Shown one piece after another: positions 7,969-18,829 of a stretch of DNA of 63,656 bases. Where the stretch lies: the IMG/VR virus record IMGVR_UViG_3300036859_000369, positions 1 through 63,656 of that record. One strand, given 5' to 3'. A program made the position numbers and the translations under genes. The DNA is from a virus (lineage: Duplodnaviria > Caudoviricetes). Positions within the stretch are counted from its first letter, which is position 1. Each line of letters starts with the position of its first letter. The notes under the pieces were generated by a model. The model was not told where the DNA came from and searched no databases. It was given only the letters and a program-made list of their open reading frames with translations.

Positions 7969-9588
7969 CTATACACCCCAGAGTGTCGACAGGCCATCCC
8001 AGAGAGCTGTCACGTCGTCCCAGATGGCACCGGTGAGGCTGTCTGCTTGCTCACACGAATACCGAGCGGTCACCGTGCGCCCTTGCGCATCCTGTACGCG
8101 TCGGTCTATGGCATTGATCCAGACATCCCCGCTCAATCCGCTATTCGCCTCGATGAGCGTTATCCGGTCGGATGGCCTGCGCCGTAGGATCTGCTCCAGG
8201 TTCTCGGCATCTCCATTCTGGACCGTGAACGACACCACCGGACGGGGGTACTGCTGCCGCAACACCCAGGAGTCACACACGGCAATGGCCTGCACCGGGT
8301 CGATCTCGGACCAGCCCTGCACCGGATAGGTCAGGGGGATACTCTGCCCAGGAATGGGCGAGAATGCCGCGATGGACAATGACGCGTCTACAGAATTCTC
8401 GACGGTCGTTTCCGAGACCACGGCAATGGATTTTGCCCGCAGTTGCATACCGGTGATGGTTGCGCCGGACCCGCCGGCCGTTATCCGAATGATCGCCAGG
8501 AACCCGGACGTATAGGTCAGCGTGACGGTGGCCGACCCGGCCGACACAGTGTAATCTGTTGCCGCAACCGGCGACACGGCATCGGTAAACAGATCGGTCG
8601 GACGCACAAACAGTGTCCGCACCTGGCCGGCCGTCAGCGTGATGTCAGCGCCATAGGCCCAGATGACCACCACCGATCCGGCCGCCGCGCGCCGACGCGT
8701 CGTGTAGGTTGCCCGGTTGTACACCGACCGGAAGCCTGGGTCATACTGGAAGTCCGACAGGGTCAGGCTCGACGTGCGGCCACGATACAACCGGTGCGCC
8801 CGGTACAGCACATGGTCTCGGTACCGGGTCCGGTTGCCAAACTGTCGATCCCAGAATGACGCCTGACTGGTATTCGATCGTGCTTGTGTGATGCGATAGT
8901 TGCGATTCTCCCAGCGGAACACCCCGTCACGATCGACGTAGAATGTGCCCGGCCCTTCGGATACCGTGAGCTCCAGAAGGGCCGCCCACGGATCGCGCTC
9001 ATCGCACCACCAGTACAGCAGTGTCGTGTCTGAAACCGAGATGTCCCGCATATCTGTCGGCCACGACACCGCATCCAGGATCGCGGACACGCACTGATCG
9101 ATACGCGGCGCTGTCATCAATGGCACCGTCACCGGTGTCCGACTGAGAACAACCTCATAGCCGATGGTGTCCATGCGGACGTTACGATTGCCGATCGCCG
9201 TGGTCTGGCTGATCTCTCGGATCACGTGCCGTCCGAATTGCCAGACGCTTTTGCCACGATAATACACATGATCGCGGTAGCCAGTGTGCGACCGGTAGGG
9301 CCGTCGTTCGCCGTGGGCCACTTCGTACAGGACCGGCCGACCAGGAATAACCCGCTGATAGACCGGACTGGACGGATTCTCCTGGGAATACTTGCCGCGT
9401 TCGTTGCGGAGCGGGAATTCCCCCTCCTGAATCTTGGGGGGATTCAACTGCTGGGCGCCATCTCGCCCCTCGGTAACCGTAAATCCCTCGCGGACATCGG
9501 GGGTCACGCGGTCGAATTCACCGTCAAAATCGCCTGACCCGCCCCACGAGACGTACACTTCTGGTTCGACCGTGCGCGGCAGCGTCAT
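7969..9588 (-). CDS. Minor tail protein
   Basis: Directly downstream of the tape measure gene, coupled overlap. Confidence 0.75.
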   Translation of the reverse strand: MTLPRTVEPEVYVSWGGSGDFDGEFDRVTPDVREGFTVTEGRDGAQQLNPPKIQEGEFPLRNERGKYSQENPSSPVYQRVIPGRPVLYEVAHGERRPYRSHTGYRDHVYYRGKSVWQFGRHVIREISQTTAIGNRNVRMDTIGYEVVLSRTPVTVPLMTAPRIDQCVSAILDAVSWPTDMRDISVSDTTLLYWWCDERDPWAALLELTVSEGPGTFYVDRDGVFRWENRNYRITQARSNTSQASFWDRQFGNRTRYRDHVLYRAHRLYRGRTSSLTLSDFQYDPGFRSVYNRATYTTRRRAAAGSVVVIWAYGADITLTAGQVRTLFVRPTDLFTDAVSPVAATDYTVSAGSATVTLTYTSGFLAIIRITAGGSGATITGMQLRAKSIAVVSETTVENSVDASLSIAAFSPIPGQSIPLTYPVQGWSEIDPVQAIAVCDSWVLRQQYPRPVVSFTVQNGDAENLEQILRRRPSDRITLIEANSGLSGDVWINAIDRRVQDAQGRTVTARYSCEQADSLTGAIWDDVTALWDGLSTLWGV

Positions 9589-12500
9589 CAGATGGTCCCC
9601 AGCGGCGCCCGGCGCGTCTCTACGGCCACGTCCCGCCCACGGATGTACCATTCGGCCAGAACGCGCCCGGACGGATCTCTGAGGACGAATTCATGCCGTT
9701 GTAACGGAGCCGGCTGTCGTCCCTGATTGCCGACGTTCATCCAGTCAGGTAGTGGGGCTACAACTTCCCGGTGTGTCCCCTCGCCCACGCGGACAACGGT
9801 ACCGCCCGGAGTCGGACTGATGATGCCGCCGTTCTGTAGCCCCAGGATGTCCCGCAGATAGGTCCGTGTCTCGCCCGGCAGGTCACCCAGGTTGCCCGAC
9901 CACGAACGGACGTTGCCTGGCCCCCAGTTGTACGCGGCCAACATCCGGACAACATCGCCACGAAACATAGTCAGCATCTGTCGATCGTAATGAGCCGCGC
10001 CGCGTAACTGGTTGGCTGGATTGCCCATCAGTGCGGCCACAGACATGCCAAGCTGACGGGCGATCTCAACGGCCGTCCCCGGCATGAACTGTCCGAGTCC
10101 GGCCGCGCCGGATCTCGGGTTGACCGCTGTGGGATCGAAATTCGACTCGCGCTTGATCTGACGGACAAAGATGTCCGGATCGATGCCGTACTCACCGGCC
10201 ATCATCCGGGCAATATCCACCAGTGCGCCGGTCGGCATCGAAATCGCTCCTGGCCCGCCAATGGTGCCGAATAATCCCTGTGCCGCTGCCAGCAGCTCGC
10301 CAGACTTGCTCTGCATACCGCCAATCAGTCCCGCGATCAGATTCGATCCGATTTCGTGAAACACCGTCGACGGGCTATGGATACCGAGCAGTTTTTGCAT
10401 CCATTCGGGCAGCTTTTTCCCGATGTTGTCCGTGATCCACTGCTGGAGACTGCCCCAGTTATCGGACAGCCCCTTCTGTATCCCTGTGAGCATGCCGGCC
10501 CCAAGAGCGGCCGCCTTCCCAACAATACCATCAGCATTCGATGGGTTGACCTGATTGGCAATCCACGTACCGATCTCCAGGGTGATCAGCACCAGTTTCG
10601 CCACAAGATGCGGGACAACATCCGTCGCGATCCACCCGAGAAATGCCAGTCCCCACTTTCCGAGTGCTTGCGCAAACCCGTTCGGATTCGTCACGTCTGC
10701 CTGTTGAGTAATCCAGAGCTTGATACTGTCGGACAGCTCGCCCAGTTTCAGCAGTAAGCGCGCCCAAACCGGCACGACCCACTGGACAAACTCAACGGCC
10801 CATTGTGCCAGTTGCGTGACGATGGCCGGCAACGCGTCCGTAACGATCCAGTTGCCAACCGACAGGAGTAGCTTGCCGAGCTCAGTCAGCAACGGCTGGA
10901 TGCGCGGGCCGACCCAATCTACGATCGCGCTGCCCCATTCCAGGAGCTTACCTGCAATGGCCGGCAACGCATCCTTGATCACCCAGTCCGTCAACGACAC
11001 CAGGAGTCGCCCGAGCGCGGCCAGCAGTGGCGGAATCTTTGGCCCAACCCAGTTGACGAATTCAACCGCCCATCTGCCGATCGCATCCAGCAATTCGCCG
11101 GTGTGCTGGCCCATCCATTCGACCGTACGGGCGATCAGTTTGCCGAATTCGGTGAGTAATTTCGGAATGACCGGTCCAACCCAGGTGATAAATTCGGTTG
11201 CCCATTCCAACAGTTTGCCGGCCAGTTTCGTTGCGTTCGCGCCGATCCAATTGAGTACATCGCCGGCGAGGGCGGCCAGCTTGCTCAACAGATCCAGGCC
11301 GGCAGTTCCGATCCACTGCACAAAGGCAATCTGCCACGCAACCAGTTTTTGACCGATCGGGCCGGCGTTTGTCTCAATCCAGCGGTACACACCATCAATG
11401 ATCGCCTGTAGTCCATTGAAGAACGGCGGGGCAGCGTTACGAACCCAGTCCAGCAACACCGTTGACCATTGCGTCAGGAGTCCGCCGATACGCGGGGCAG
11501 CCTCGCCCAGTGTGCGCAGAACCGCTGTCACGATCCCGCCGAAACCGTCCTCGTTGAACGCGCGCCGGATCTCCATAAACCGAGTGGCTACGGCGGTCAT
11601 GATCGGTTGACCGATGATCGCTTCTATTTTGGCCTGCAACTGACCGGCCAGTTGTCCAACCGCGATACCGCCGATGGCCGCCCCGATGCCGGCTCCGAGT
11701 ATGCCGCCGATGGCTGTACCGATCACCGGAACGACTGACCCCAACGACGCGCCAATCGCGGCCCCCCGGCCGGCTCCGAACAACATGCCGGCCAGGGTCG
11801 CTCCGGTGACGATCGGATTTGCCGTGATCCACTCGACAAACCCATCACGCAACTGACCGGCCAGGCGGGCACCATTCTCTTTTGCTTTGGCAATCGCCTG
11901 TTCGGCTATGGCGTCGGGAGTGAATGACTTATCGGTGGGCGCCTTCGGAGCCGCGTCTCGCGCTTCTTTCGCGGCCTTTGCGGCTGCTTTCGTTGCCGAT
12001 TCGGCATCCCGGATGGCCGATGCCTGTGCCTGAATCTCGGCCTTGATCTCCTGTTGTACCTGTTTCTGTTCGGTCAGGGTCGATTTCTGGCGCGTCAGAC
12101 TGTCGAGCTGCTCCTGGAGTGGCGCCAGTCGGTCCTTTTCCTCCTGTTTGATCGCTTCGATTTGCTGTTTGATCGGCAAGGCCGCCATGTCGCGACGCAG
12201 TTTGTCCTCTCTTTGCGCCGTGTCCAGGATGTCCTTACGCTCTTTCAGCTCGGCTTGCGCATCCTTGATGGCAGCCAACCTGGGCTTATCGACCAGGTTC
12301 GCTTTCTGTTGGTTGAGATCCAGGATTTCGCGATCGATACCGGCTAACACCTGTTGCCGCTTCGCTTCGGCCATCTGCGCCTGACGCTTTTCGTCACGCA
12401 CGACCCGTTCGGCATCATCGATTTCTTTCTGTCGGGACCGTTGTGTGTCCTGATCTTTCTGCTTTTCGGCCGCGATCTGCTTTTCTAGCTTCGCTGCCTT

Positions 12501-14675
12501 ATCCTTACGTTGCTCCTCTTTCTTATCGTCGTCCTCTTTTTCCTGGCGGACCTGCTTCTCTAATGCGGCGATGGCCTGTTGCCGCCTGACTTCGTCGGCC
12601 GCGTCCTGTTTCTTCTGGGCATACTCTTTGATGGAAAGGGCTAATTGCGCTTCATCAATACCGAGCTGTTGCAAGTCGAACGAGACATCCTCGCCCTTGC
12701 GCTGCCGGTCTAGCAGTTTCTGGCGCTTTTCCTGGAGCGATAGGCGAGCCTCCTGGACCCGTAGCCCTTCCTTTTCGTCGTCCAGGGCCGCGCTCCCTGA
12801 TCCGCCCGAGCGGCCGGCGCTCCGGATCTCTTCTAGCCGCCGTTCCGCTTCAGACTTCCCCCTGGACCGACTTCCGCCCCTGACGGACTCCAGTTGCTTC
12901 TCTAGCGCTTTGACGCGGTCCGAGTCGCCCCCACCACGGGTGTCCTTCTGGCGGTCTCGCAAGCGTTCCAGGCGGTCCTCAGCGGCCGACCGTTCGCCCC
13001 GGGCTTTTTTGTCAAGCTCGTCGCGCTTCTGGGCCTGTTCAATGCCCTTTTTCTGGAGATTCAGCTCTTCGATCTGATCGTCTATCCGAGCGCGTATCTC
13101 GCGGCTACCCTGGGCCGCGTTCTCGGCCCGCTTCAGTTCGCTCTCTTCAAGCTGCAACAGAAGCGATTGTTCCTCGTATTCGTAGTCCTTGCGTTGGGTA
13201 ATCACGTCTAATTGCTGCTGGAGTGGCTCTAACTGATCCTTATAGCCCTCTTTGAGATCATCAATGCTGAATTTGACATCCTTCGTGATGGCGTCAATGT
13301 CGTGAATCGCCTTGCCGATGTCGCGGATAGACTCGTCAACACCACGGGCGGCTGTCTTGAGATCCTGGAGTCCGCCGGCCACTTTGGCAACAGCCGGCTT
13401 GACCGCTTCGTCTGCTGCATCAGCCGCGCCCTTCCCCCATGCCTGGATCGTGTTGGCTCCGCCCTGTTCAATCTGGGCCAATGGTCCGGCTGACGGCGGG
13501 CTGTTGCCGATAAAGAACGACGCGATCAGATTAGCGACCGTATCAATGGCCGCCTGCAACACACCGTTCGCCCCGTTGAGGATGCCGGTCGCGAATTCCC
13601 CGACGATGTTCTCGCCGGCCCCGACCATCCGAGACGCAAACGCCGTCACACCGTCCATCATACCCATGAGCACGGTGGTAAACGTCCGCCCAATCAACTG
13701 GAATCCGGCTGCGAAATTCCCCTCGGTAAAGAATCCGAACGCTGCGCTTATCGCGGCCCCTATCGGGGCCAATGATTCCATGCCGCCCTTGATGGCCGAG
13801 ACCAGCCCGGAAACCGCAACAACCCCGGCTTGCACCCAGGTCTGGAATTGCTCGGACGACAGCAGTTTCGCTAACTGATTGGCGCCCTCGGTTGCCAGTT
13901 CATAGATCGACCGGCCCATCTCGGCAAACGCTTGCGTACCCACATCGCGGATAGTGGACAGCGCTCCGGTCAATGACTTGCTCGCCTGTTCCATCAGGCC
14001 GGCATGCTCATACGACGACCGCAACGCCTTGACCATCGTTTCGCCCGCAATCAGCCCTTGCTCGGACATTTTGCGGACTTGCGCCTCGGTGACCCCTACC
14101 TCTTTAGCTAGAATCTGCCAGGCGTTCGTGACGCCACCTTCAATCAACTGGTTCATTTCTTCAGCAGACACTTTGCCCTTACCGATCATCTGCTGAATGG
14201 CAAGTCCGATGCGTCCGAGCGCTTCCTGCGAGAGCGACCCTGATGCTGATGCCGCATTCCCGATCGCTTTGATGGTCGGGATGATGTCGTTTGCGGCAAT
14301 ACCGACCGATTGCAACCGGACAGACAACGACGAAAGATCCTTGAATTCAAACGGTGTTTCGGCTGCGAAGCGTTTGAGACTGTTGAGGAACGCATCCGCA
14401 ACCTTCGTATTGCCTTCGAAGTACCTGGTAAAGATGTTCCGCGACATATCCAGCTGCTGGTTGAAATCGATAACCGATGCTTTGAGTGCCCCGATCCCAT
14501 CTCCGATAACTTTGAGGCCGGCCCCGAACGCAGCAACACCAGCCCCGATGCCCAACCCTTCGGAGAATTGCTTGCCGAACGCCGATACCCGCTGATCCAG
14601 GGCAGATAGCCCTTTATCAGCGGGTGATGTATCAACATCCACGACTCCGCGTAGGCGGAACGCTTCACCTGGCAT
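9588..14675 (-). CDS. Tape measure protein with C-terminal lytic transglycosylase (SLT) domain
   Basis: 1695 aa; FAAETPF tape-measure N-domain, coiled coil, Trp-periodic repeats; RESNF..GLGQFMPGT..AAYNWG. Confidence 0.93.
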   Translation of the reverse strand: MPGEAFRLRGVVDVDTSPADKGLSALDQRVSAFGKQFSEGLGIGAGVAAFGAGLKVIGDGIGALKASVIDFNQQLDMSRNIFTRYFEGNTKVADAFLNSLKRFAAETPFEFKDLSSLSVRLQSVGIAANDIIPTIKAIGNAASASGSLSQEALGRIGLAIQQMIGKGKVSAEEMNQLIEGGVTNAWQILAKEVGVTEAQVRKMSEQGLIAGETMVKALRSSYEHAGLMEQASKSLTGALSTIRDVGTQAFAEMGRSIYELATEGANQLAKLLSSEQFQTWVQAGVVAVSGLVSAIKGGMESLAPIGAAISAAFGFFTEGNFAAGFQLIGRTFTTVLMGMMDGVTAFASRMVGAGENIVGEFATGILNGANGVLQAAIDTVANLIASFFIGNSPPSAGPLAQIEQGGANTIQAWGKGAADAADEAVKPAVAKVAGGLQDLKTAARGVDESIRDIGKAIHDIDAITKDVKFSIDDLKEGYKDQLEPLQQQLDVITQRKDYEYEEQSLLLQLEESELKRAENAAQGSREIRARIDDQIEELNLQKKGIEQAQKRDELDKKARGERSAAEDRLERLRDRQKDTRGGGDSDRVKALEKQLESVRGGSRSRGKSEAERRLEEIRSAGRSGGSGSAALDDEKEGLRVQEARLSLQEKRQKLLDRQRKGEDVSFDLQQLGIDEAQLALSIKEYAQKKQDAADEVRRQQAIAALEKQVRQEKEDDDKKEEQRKDKAAKLEKQIAAEKQKDQDTQRSRQKEIDDAERVVRDEKRQAQMAEAKRQQVLAGIDREILDLNQQKANLVDKPRLAAIKDAQAELKERKDILDTAQREDKLRRDMAALPIKQQIEAIKQEEKDRLAPLQEQLDSLTRQKSTLTEQKQVQQEIKAEIQAQASAIRDAESATKAAAKAAKEARDAAPKAPTDKSFTPDAIAEQAIAKAKENGARLAGQLRDGFVEWITANPIVTGATLAGMLFGAGRGAAIGASLGSVVPVIGTAIGGILGAGIGAAIGGIAVGQLAGQLQAKIEAIIGQPIMTAVATRFMEIRRAFNEDGFGGIVTAVLRTLGEAAPRIGGLLTQWSTVLLDWVRNAAPPFFNGLQAIIDGVYRWIETNAGPIGQKLVAWQIAFVQWIGTAGLDLLSKLAALAGDVLNWIGANATKLAGKLLEWATEFITWVGPVIPKLLTEFGKLIARTVEWMGQHTGELLDAIGRWAVEFVNWVGPKIPPLLAALGRLLVSLTDWVIKDALPAIAGKLLEWGSAIVDWVGPRIQPLLTELGKLLLSVGNWIVTDALPAIVTQLAQWAVEFVQWVVPVWARLLLKLGELSDSIKLWITQQADVTNPNGFAQALGKWGLAFLGWIATDVVPHLVAKLVLITLEIGTWIANQVNPSNADGIVGKAAALGAGMLTGIQKGLSDNWGSLQQWITDNIGKKLPEWMQKLLGIHSPSTVFHEIGSNLIAGLIGGMQSKSGELLAAAQGLFGTIGGPGAISMPTGALVDIARMMAGEYGIDPDIFVRQIKRESNFDPTAVNPRSGAAGLGQFMPGTAVEIARQLGMSVAALMGNPANQLRGAAHYDRQMLTMFRGDVVRMLAAYNWGPGNVRSWSGNLGDLPGETRTYLRDILGLQNGGIISPTPGGTVVRVGEGTHREVVAPLPDWMNVGNQGRQPAPLQRHEFVLRDPSGRVLAEWYIRGRDVAVETRRAPLGTI

Positions 14676-14707
14676 CGGTCATTCCGAAATGACGCACGAC
14701 GGCCCCG

Positions 14708-14989
14708 TCAGGCGTTCCGCCGTGCGTCGCGTGCCGCCCGTGCATCCTCGAAGGTTTTGGCATTCCGCTTCCATTCGGCACGCGCCCGGGTGATCGCATC
14801 GGTGTAATCATCCAGCCAGTACCGCCAGATCGGACATCGGCCCCATTCCGGGTGTCCTAGATAGTCCCACGGGAGATACCCGCCAGATTCCCCGCCTGCC
14901 CGTTCTGCTCGGAGGCAGGCGTCTGCCCAGTCCGGCCATTCTCCGTCGTCGCCCCCGAGAAGACTTTCGAGGAGATCATCCGGTTTGGG
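14708..14989 (-). CDS. Tail assembly chaperone -1 frameshift extension (gpGT-like)
   Basis: Slippery heptamer C CCA AAC at 14983-14989; the -1 frame is open to TGA at 14708 (PDDLLESLLGGDDGEWPDW...RRNA). Confidence 0.7.
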   Translation of the reverse strand, partial: PKPDDLLESLLGGDDGEWPDWADACLRAERAGGESGGYLPWDYLGHPEWGRCPIWRYWLDDYTDAITRARAEWKRNAKTFEDARAARDARRNA

Positions 14990-15465
14990 CGGTCAAGGTA
15001 GTCCGCCATGATGGCCAGCACGATCGCGACTCGCAAGCCCGGTTCCATGTTCGCGACGATCGCCTCGCGCGTAATCGGCATCGGCTCGCCGGACAGCCGG
15101 ACGTCCCACGCCTTGACAAGCCTGACAATATAGTCGGCATAGGCGGCCCGACTGTTCTCCTGGGCAACCTGTGGGGGGACGGCATCGGCCCGCCGGGCCT
15201 GTCGGTCTCTGGCTCGACGTTGCGCCCGATTCTCTTCAGGCGGTACTGCCGGCAAGTCCGGAATGCGTTTCAGGTCAATCAGCCGGGCCGTTTCGATCTG
15301 AGAGAGGAATTCGACATCCTCATCAGACAAGGCGGCCGGCGTATACGCCACGCGCGCCGTAAAATTCGGTGGCGCTTCATAGTCGTCCGGGGCGTTATTG
15401 TCTGGCTCTTGCGCATATTCAACCTTGATCCAGACGAGTGCGCTTCGGAAGTCAGATAGGTCCAC
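14857..15465 (-). CDS. Tail assembly chaperone (gpG-like)
   Basis: Between the major tail and tape measure genes; VKAWDV motif. Confidence 0.75.
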   Translation of the reverse strand: MDLSDFRSALVWIKVEYAQEPDNNAPDDYEAPPNFTARVAYTPAALSDEDVEFLSQIETARLIDLKRIPDLPAVPPEENRAQRRARDRQARRADAVPPQVAQENSRAAYADYIVRLVKAWDVRLSGEPMPITREAIVANMEPGLRVAIVLAIMADYLDRPNRMISSKVFSGATTENGRTGQTPASEQNGQAGNLAGISRGTI

Positions 15466-15580
15466 GGTACTGCCTCCGGAGGGCTACAGGGCCATCCGTT
15501 GCTCGCGGGTGACCCTGTTGGCGTCCTGTGGGTTTCGTGACCCCTGTTGGCCCTGTGGGGACCTCTGGGGGCCTGTTCCG

Positions 15581-16900
15581 CTACATGCTAGTGAGGATGT
15601 TACGCAGGACAGCCGAGAATCCGCCGGAGAACACCGTACTGTCCGAGATGATCGTGAGTGGGAACGGCATCGTCTCCGAACCGCCCTCATCCCCGAATTG
15701 CCCGACGTTCTCCGATGCCTGCACGGCGCAATCCACGCGTAGCAGATACCGCAACGTCCCCTCACCGGTCAGTGGGCCGACTGCTTCGTACCGGACCAGA
15801 TACGTGTCACCTTCCATCAGATCGGCGTAAACCTGACGGGCTGTCGCGTCGTTCCGCATGACGACGTTGAGACTCAGGTCCGGCACCTGGAGCACGTCGT
15901 CGTCATACGATTCGGTCGCCGCATCGATCACCCAGTCCGGATTCACCAGACCGTCAAAGGCGAATTCGCCCGTATAGGGGCGCACCTTCGTGGTCCCGAT
16001 CGTGCCGCCAGATGTCAGGTTGTCCATGTACATGGTCCACTGCGGCGCTTCAACAGCTTCCACCGGGATGGTCGTGATGCCACCTGCCTGGAGCACGGTG
16101 TAGACGACCGACCCGCCGGTCAACCCGGCGCTGTTGATGGACAACGCGGCGACATCGGTATTCGCCAATGTGCCGCCGCTCACGGTGATCGTGGCACTCT
16201 GGGCCGGCAACGTGCCGCCGGTCAACGTCAGATTCGCCGTACCGCCAGCCCCCAGGGCTGTGTTGACAGCCGTCAACAGTGACCCGTTCGTGGCGTTGAA
16301 TACCACATTGACGGTGCCGGCCGCCCCGGTCACAACGAATGTACCCGCTGTGATGGACCCGGGCGGCGTCGGTGCGAGGGTAAACGATTCGTTGACCCCG
16401 AGCGTCGCCGCGAAATCGAGATCCCGCGCGTATCCGCTGCCGGAGATCCCCGGACTTGCCGTCCGGCTGAATGTAAACCCGAACGACTGGAATACCGTGC
16501 GGATCGCCTCTTCGGCTGTCCCGTTGCGGTAGCCCTGGGCGATGGTGAACGTGGGCCGGGTGTTCAGCCCATCCGAACTGTAGGTGTAGGTGTGGTCGTG
16601 GGTGACCGTGCCACCTGATGGGACCGTCGTCGTCGGCACACCCATCAGGGCCGACAGCAGATAGATCACCGAATTGAAATCCAGATACGACCCGTCGCCC
16701 AGGGTGAACGTCGACCAGTTCTGAATCAACGGTCGGGCGGTCCGCATGGTCGATCCGCTGGGGCGGACTTCGGACCGGGTGCTATTCGGGGTCAGTCGAA
16801 AATTGAGACCCTCCAGGAATTTGTTCGGGGGCTGTCGTGTCCCTGAAACATCTTCCCTGGCAATATACACACGTTTGGAAACGATGCTTGCTACAGGCAC
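15581..16900 (-). CDS. Major tail (tube) protein with a G/T-rich inserted domain
   Basis: Position; HDHTYT...TFTIAQG pattern. Confidence 0.75.
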   Translation of the reverse strand: MPVASIVSKRVYIAREDVSGTRQPPNKFLEGLNFRLTPNSTRSEVRPSGSTMRTARPLIQNWSTFTLGDGSYLDFNSVIYLLSALMGVPTTTVPSGGTVTHDHTYTYSSDGLNTRPTFTIAQGYRNGTAEEAIRTVFQSFGFTFSRTASPGISGSGYARDLDFAATLGVNESFTLAPTPPGSITAGTFVVTGAAGTVNVVFNATNGSLLTAVNTALGAGGTANLTLTGGTLPAQSATITVSGGTLANTDVAALSINSAGLTGGSVVYTVLQAGGITTIPVEAVEAPQWTMYMDNLTSGGTIGTTKVRPYTGEFAFDGLVNPDWVIDAATESYDDDVLQVPDLSLNVVMRNDATARQVYADLMEGDTYLVRYEAVGPLTGEGTLRYLLRVDCAVQASENVGQFGDEGGSETMPFPLTIISDSTVFSGGFSAVLRNILTSM

Positions 16901-17007
16901 AATGATGCAACCTTTCCAGCGCGCACCGTTGGGCTTGCGCTATAATCACGGCGCAAAGAGTCCCCGCAAGTGCTGAGAACACTCCGGGGACTGAGACATC
17001 GAGACAC

Positions 17008-17592
17008 ATGGGAGTTACGTCGATGCCTACCAGTGTTTATACACGAACGCACGCCCCGATTGACGTCCAATTCTGGTCCCGCGTTGACCGAAATGGACCG
17101 ACACACCCGACGCTGCCGGACCCTGGTGTCTGCTGGGAATGGACCGGACCCCTGGAATGTGGCGGCTACGGGGCATTCCGCAGTCGGAAGTACGGGCGGT
17201 ATCAGGCGCACCGTCTGGCATGGAAAATGGCTACTGGAGACAGCACGGCTATCGCCATCTTCCATTCTTGTGACAACCGGCGATGCGTCCGCAATGACTC
17301 GGAAGGTTGCTACACAGTCAACGGGATTGCGCTCCCGAGACGAGGGCACCTTTTCCGTGGGGATCGCACCATCAATGCCCACGACAAGATCGCTAAGGGG
17401 AGAGGACGATACGGAGTCGTGCGGGGTAGTCGAGTCGGCACATCCAAGGTTACCGAGTCTGACATTCCCGCCATCATTGAAATGGTTGATAGCGGTATTC
17501 CACGTAAGGTCATTGGCGCACAGTTCGGCATCACCGACACAATGGTCGGGTACATCTATAACCGCAAGTGCTGGCAGCACGTCAAGGTCTAG
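17008..17592 (+). CDS. HNH endonuclease with C-terminal HTH
   Basis: FWSRV..CWEWTG..GYG..AHRLAW..HSCDNRRCVRN..HLFRG. Confidence 0.9.
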   Translation: MGVTSMPTSVYTRTHAPIDVQFWSRVDRNGPTHPTLPDPGVCWEWTGPLECGGYGAFRSRKYGRYQAHRLAWKMATGDSTAIAIFHSCDNRRCVRNDSEGCYTVNGIALPRRGHLFRGDRTINAHDKIAKGRGRYGVVRGSRVGTSKVTESDIPAIIEMVDSGIPRKVIGAQFGITDTMVGYIYNRKCWQHVKV

Positions 17593-17728
17593 ATGGAATC
17601 CATATCCCCGATACGGACTCGATGCAACTGGCAAGGTCGTACCCTCCTACCGAATCGGAGCGAGCACGGCTTACCGTGGGGGCTCATCGAGCGCGTTCTA
17701 TGGGCGATGTCCAGGTGACGGTATTGTA

Positions 17729-17926
17729 CTACACCTGGGGTGACGATTCACGTGGGATAATCTGTACGTCAAGGGTGTGCGTTGCGCCGGGGACCGACCG
17801 GTGAATTGACGCCACAATGGACAACACGGCCCGGCGCAAGTCCGTCCAGTGTTTCATCTCCCACTCGTTGGAATCGACCAGGCCATTTGATCGGTCGTCT
17901 GTTCCGGGATTCGCCTGTTGGTTCAT
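17729..17926 (-). CDS. Hypothetical protein
   Basis: ATGA overlap with the upstream gene. Confidence 0.45.
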   Translation of the reverse strand: MNQQANPGTDDRSNGLVDSNEWEMKHWTDLRRAVLSIVASIHRSVPGATHTLDVQIIPRESSPQV

Positions 17927-18369
17927 GCCGGTTCCGCCTCGGTTTCCCAGCGTAATTGCCGATACTGGTACCGCTGGCCATTCACGTATTCGGATGGACG
18001 CGGGATCACTTCCACAGGGCGTAGTCTATGGATGTAGACGCCACTGACCGTCACGTCGCCATACTGATCCAGCCGGGCGATCAAGCGACTGTTGATCGCG
18101 ATGACACTGGCGTAGCTTTGACTCCGATCGGTCACAGTGGTCAATATCTGGACATCCTGCCAGACGTGCTCGCGATTGGCCGTCATCAAGTTGGGGGCTG
18201 CCAGGACCGATACCGTCACCATCGGATAGACCGGTGTCTCGTTGGGCGCAACATCCTGATAGATCCGGCCAGATACCAACGTATTGACACCACCGGCTAC
18301 GGTGTCTGCCTTCAAGTAGGCAATCACCGCGTCCGTGACGCCATCAGCTTCGTTGACCGTGAGTGTCAC
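17923..18369 (-). CDS. Tail terminator / completion protein
   Basis: LVSGRIYQDVAP...YPMVTV; position. Confidence 0.75.
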   Translation of the reverse strand: MTLTVNEADGVTDAVIAYLKADTVAGGVNTLVSGRIYQDVAPNETPVYPMVTVSVLAAPNLMTANREHVWQDVQILTTVTDRSQSYASVIAINSRLIARLDQYGDVTVSGVYIHRLRPVEVIPRPSEYVNGQRYQYRQLRWETEAEPA

Positions 18370-18803
18370 TGGCCCAACGTCCTCAGTCGCTTTTCGGTGT
18401 TGTCCTTGAACGGCCCGCTTGCCATGGCCCCGGCCGGTGTCATGAACGGACGGGGCGCAAGATTCCGGGCCGGCGCTCCGTATTCCAGTGGGGCCGCTGC
18501 TTCGTGATCCGTGTGCACGATGCCAACCGGCCCGGTCGGGGTCATGGCGACGCCTACCTCTATCGACGCCATCAGTCCGCCGGTCTCGGCGGCTGGCGCC
18601 TGCCCTGGAGCTGATGCCTGATGCATCAGCCCGTTGTGCACGTAGATCCGCCCTCGGCCTGGCTCATGCACCCTCCGGAGAATGTCAACGTGGATGTCAT
18701 CCATGGTCTCGCGTGTTGCATCGAACGCCAGCCCACGTAATTGACCCTGGAGTGCTCCCAGGTTGTTTGAGACCACCTGAAACTTGACGCCGCTATCTGC
18801 CAT
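18366..18803 (-). CDS. HK97 gp10-like neck protein
   Basis: HQASAPGQAPAAETGGL...LEYGA..APRPFMTPA. Confidence 0.8.
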   Translation of the reverse strand: MADSGVKFQVVSNNLGALQGQLRGLAFDATRETMDDIHVDILRRVHEPGRGRIYVHNGLMHQASAPGQAPAAETGGLMASIEVGVAMTPTGPVGIVHTDHEAAAPLEYGAPARNLAPRPFMTPAGAMASGPFKDNTEKRLRTLGQ

Positions 18804-18829
18804 CGGTCTCCCCCATCATTCTGAAATGA

